DNA from: Heterodontus francisci
Taxonomy: Eukaryota
DNA: 64,000 nt
Reading direction: 5' to 3'
Assembly (NCBI RefSeq): GCF_036365525.1
Contig: NC_090418.1
Location: 7,613,157-7,677,156, forward strand
The position numbers and the translations under genes are program-made. The notes under the pieces are model-generated. The model was not told the origin of the DNA. It worked only from the letters and a program-made list of their open reading frames with translations, and searched no databases. Within the stretch, counting starts at the first letter, position 1. Every line of letters begins with the position of its first letter. This document shows positions 62,858 to 64,000 of this stretch, piece by piece.

Positions 62858-64000
62858 GTGAGTGTAGCTCAATGCAGTTGTGGCAGCGTACAAGGTCAGG
62901 GTTCCTTCTAATATCTGCCTACCAGTTAGTGCTCATGACTTAAAAAATACAAACACACTCATTGATAAAGCACCTTTCACCACCTCGGGGTATCTTTAAA
63001 TGCTTCACAGCCAATTAAATACCTTTTAATATGCAATAAATGGTAGCGCACTGACAAGCGTAGAGGAACAGAGGAACCTTGGAGTGCACATCCACAGATC
63101 CCTGAAGGTAGCTGGGCAGGTAGATAAGGTGGTCAAGAAGGCATATGGGATAATTAGCCAAGGCATAGAATATAAGAGCTGGGAAGTTATACTGGAGCTG
63201 CTATAAAACACCAGTTAGACCACAGCTGGAGTATTGTGTGCACTTCTGGTCACTGCATTATAGGAAAGATGCAATTGCACTAGAGAGGGTACAGAGGAGA
63301 TTTACTCACTGCCTGAAAGGTTGGTAGAGACAGAAACCCTCATAACATTTAAAAAGTACTTGAATATGCACTTGAGGTGCCCTGACCTACAAGGCGACAG
63401 GCCAAGAGCTGGAAAGTGGGATTAGGCAGGATGGCTTCTTGGTCGGCTGCCATGGACACGATGGGCTGAATGGCCTCCCTCCATACTGTAAATTCCCATG
63501 ATTATATGAATAAACTACAGTTTCATAGGTTAACGTGGCAGCCTAGTGTACAGCAAGATCCTACAGGCAGCACTGGGATGAACAAGCAGTTAATCTGTGG
63601 TGAAGGTGGTCTGAAATCTGATCTTTTCCCTCTCCACCATGGCCGAGTCCCAAAGACCCAGGGACTGATAAAGTGGCACTGCTGCTGAATTTAAAAAGTC
63701 ACTTCGTCTTCCTGCAATGTGAGGGGGTTAAAGTTTCTCGCTGAAAAGCTAATGCAGTTGAGTTATTAATTAGATACAAGTCAAGTTTTGGAGCAGTATG
63801 CTCCAAAGGGGTTTTTGATGGGGAGAAACTGTTGCCACCAGCAGGAGGGTTAGTGACTAGAGGATACAGGTTAGCCAAAGAAGTGGGGGAGATGACCATT
63901 TCTTGCTGTGATCTGGAATGCGCTGCCTGAAAGGGCGGTGGAAGCAAATTCATTAGTAACTTTCAAAAGAGAACTGGATAAATACTTGAAAAGGAAATGT

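Overview
Eukaryotic, repeat-rich vertebrate DNA, very probably a shark or other elasmobranch (HE1-like SINEs, abundant CR1/L2 LINE fragments). Four spliced protein-coding genes can be assembled by hand with canonical GT-AG junctions and consistent phases. (1) A MOGAT/DGAT2-family acyltransferase, probably MOGAT3 (minus strand, exons 1-4, runs off the left end). (2) A divergent NAT16/histidine N-acetyltransferase-like GNAT gene (plus strand), followed by a tandem pseudogene copy. (3) TM4SF5 (minus strand). (4) PELP1 (plus strand, exons 1-14, runs off the right end). Other content: a 4.2-kb 39-bp CpG-rich minisatellite abutting the MOGAT promoter, nested transposons (Harbinger-like MITE inside a solo LTR, Tx1 inside CR1, an RTE with TSD) and a 183-N assembly gap. 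The most notable observations are an intact minimal type I hammerhead ribozyme with a palindromic stem III (11177-11212), an orphan 94-nt exon-like module conserved in inverted copies around the NAT16-like gene, and mosaic divergence of the catalytic exon between the NAT16-like gene and its pseudogene. Repeat boundaries are approximate; identities were estimated by eye and family assignments come from recalled sequences, not searches.
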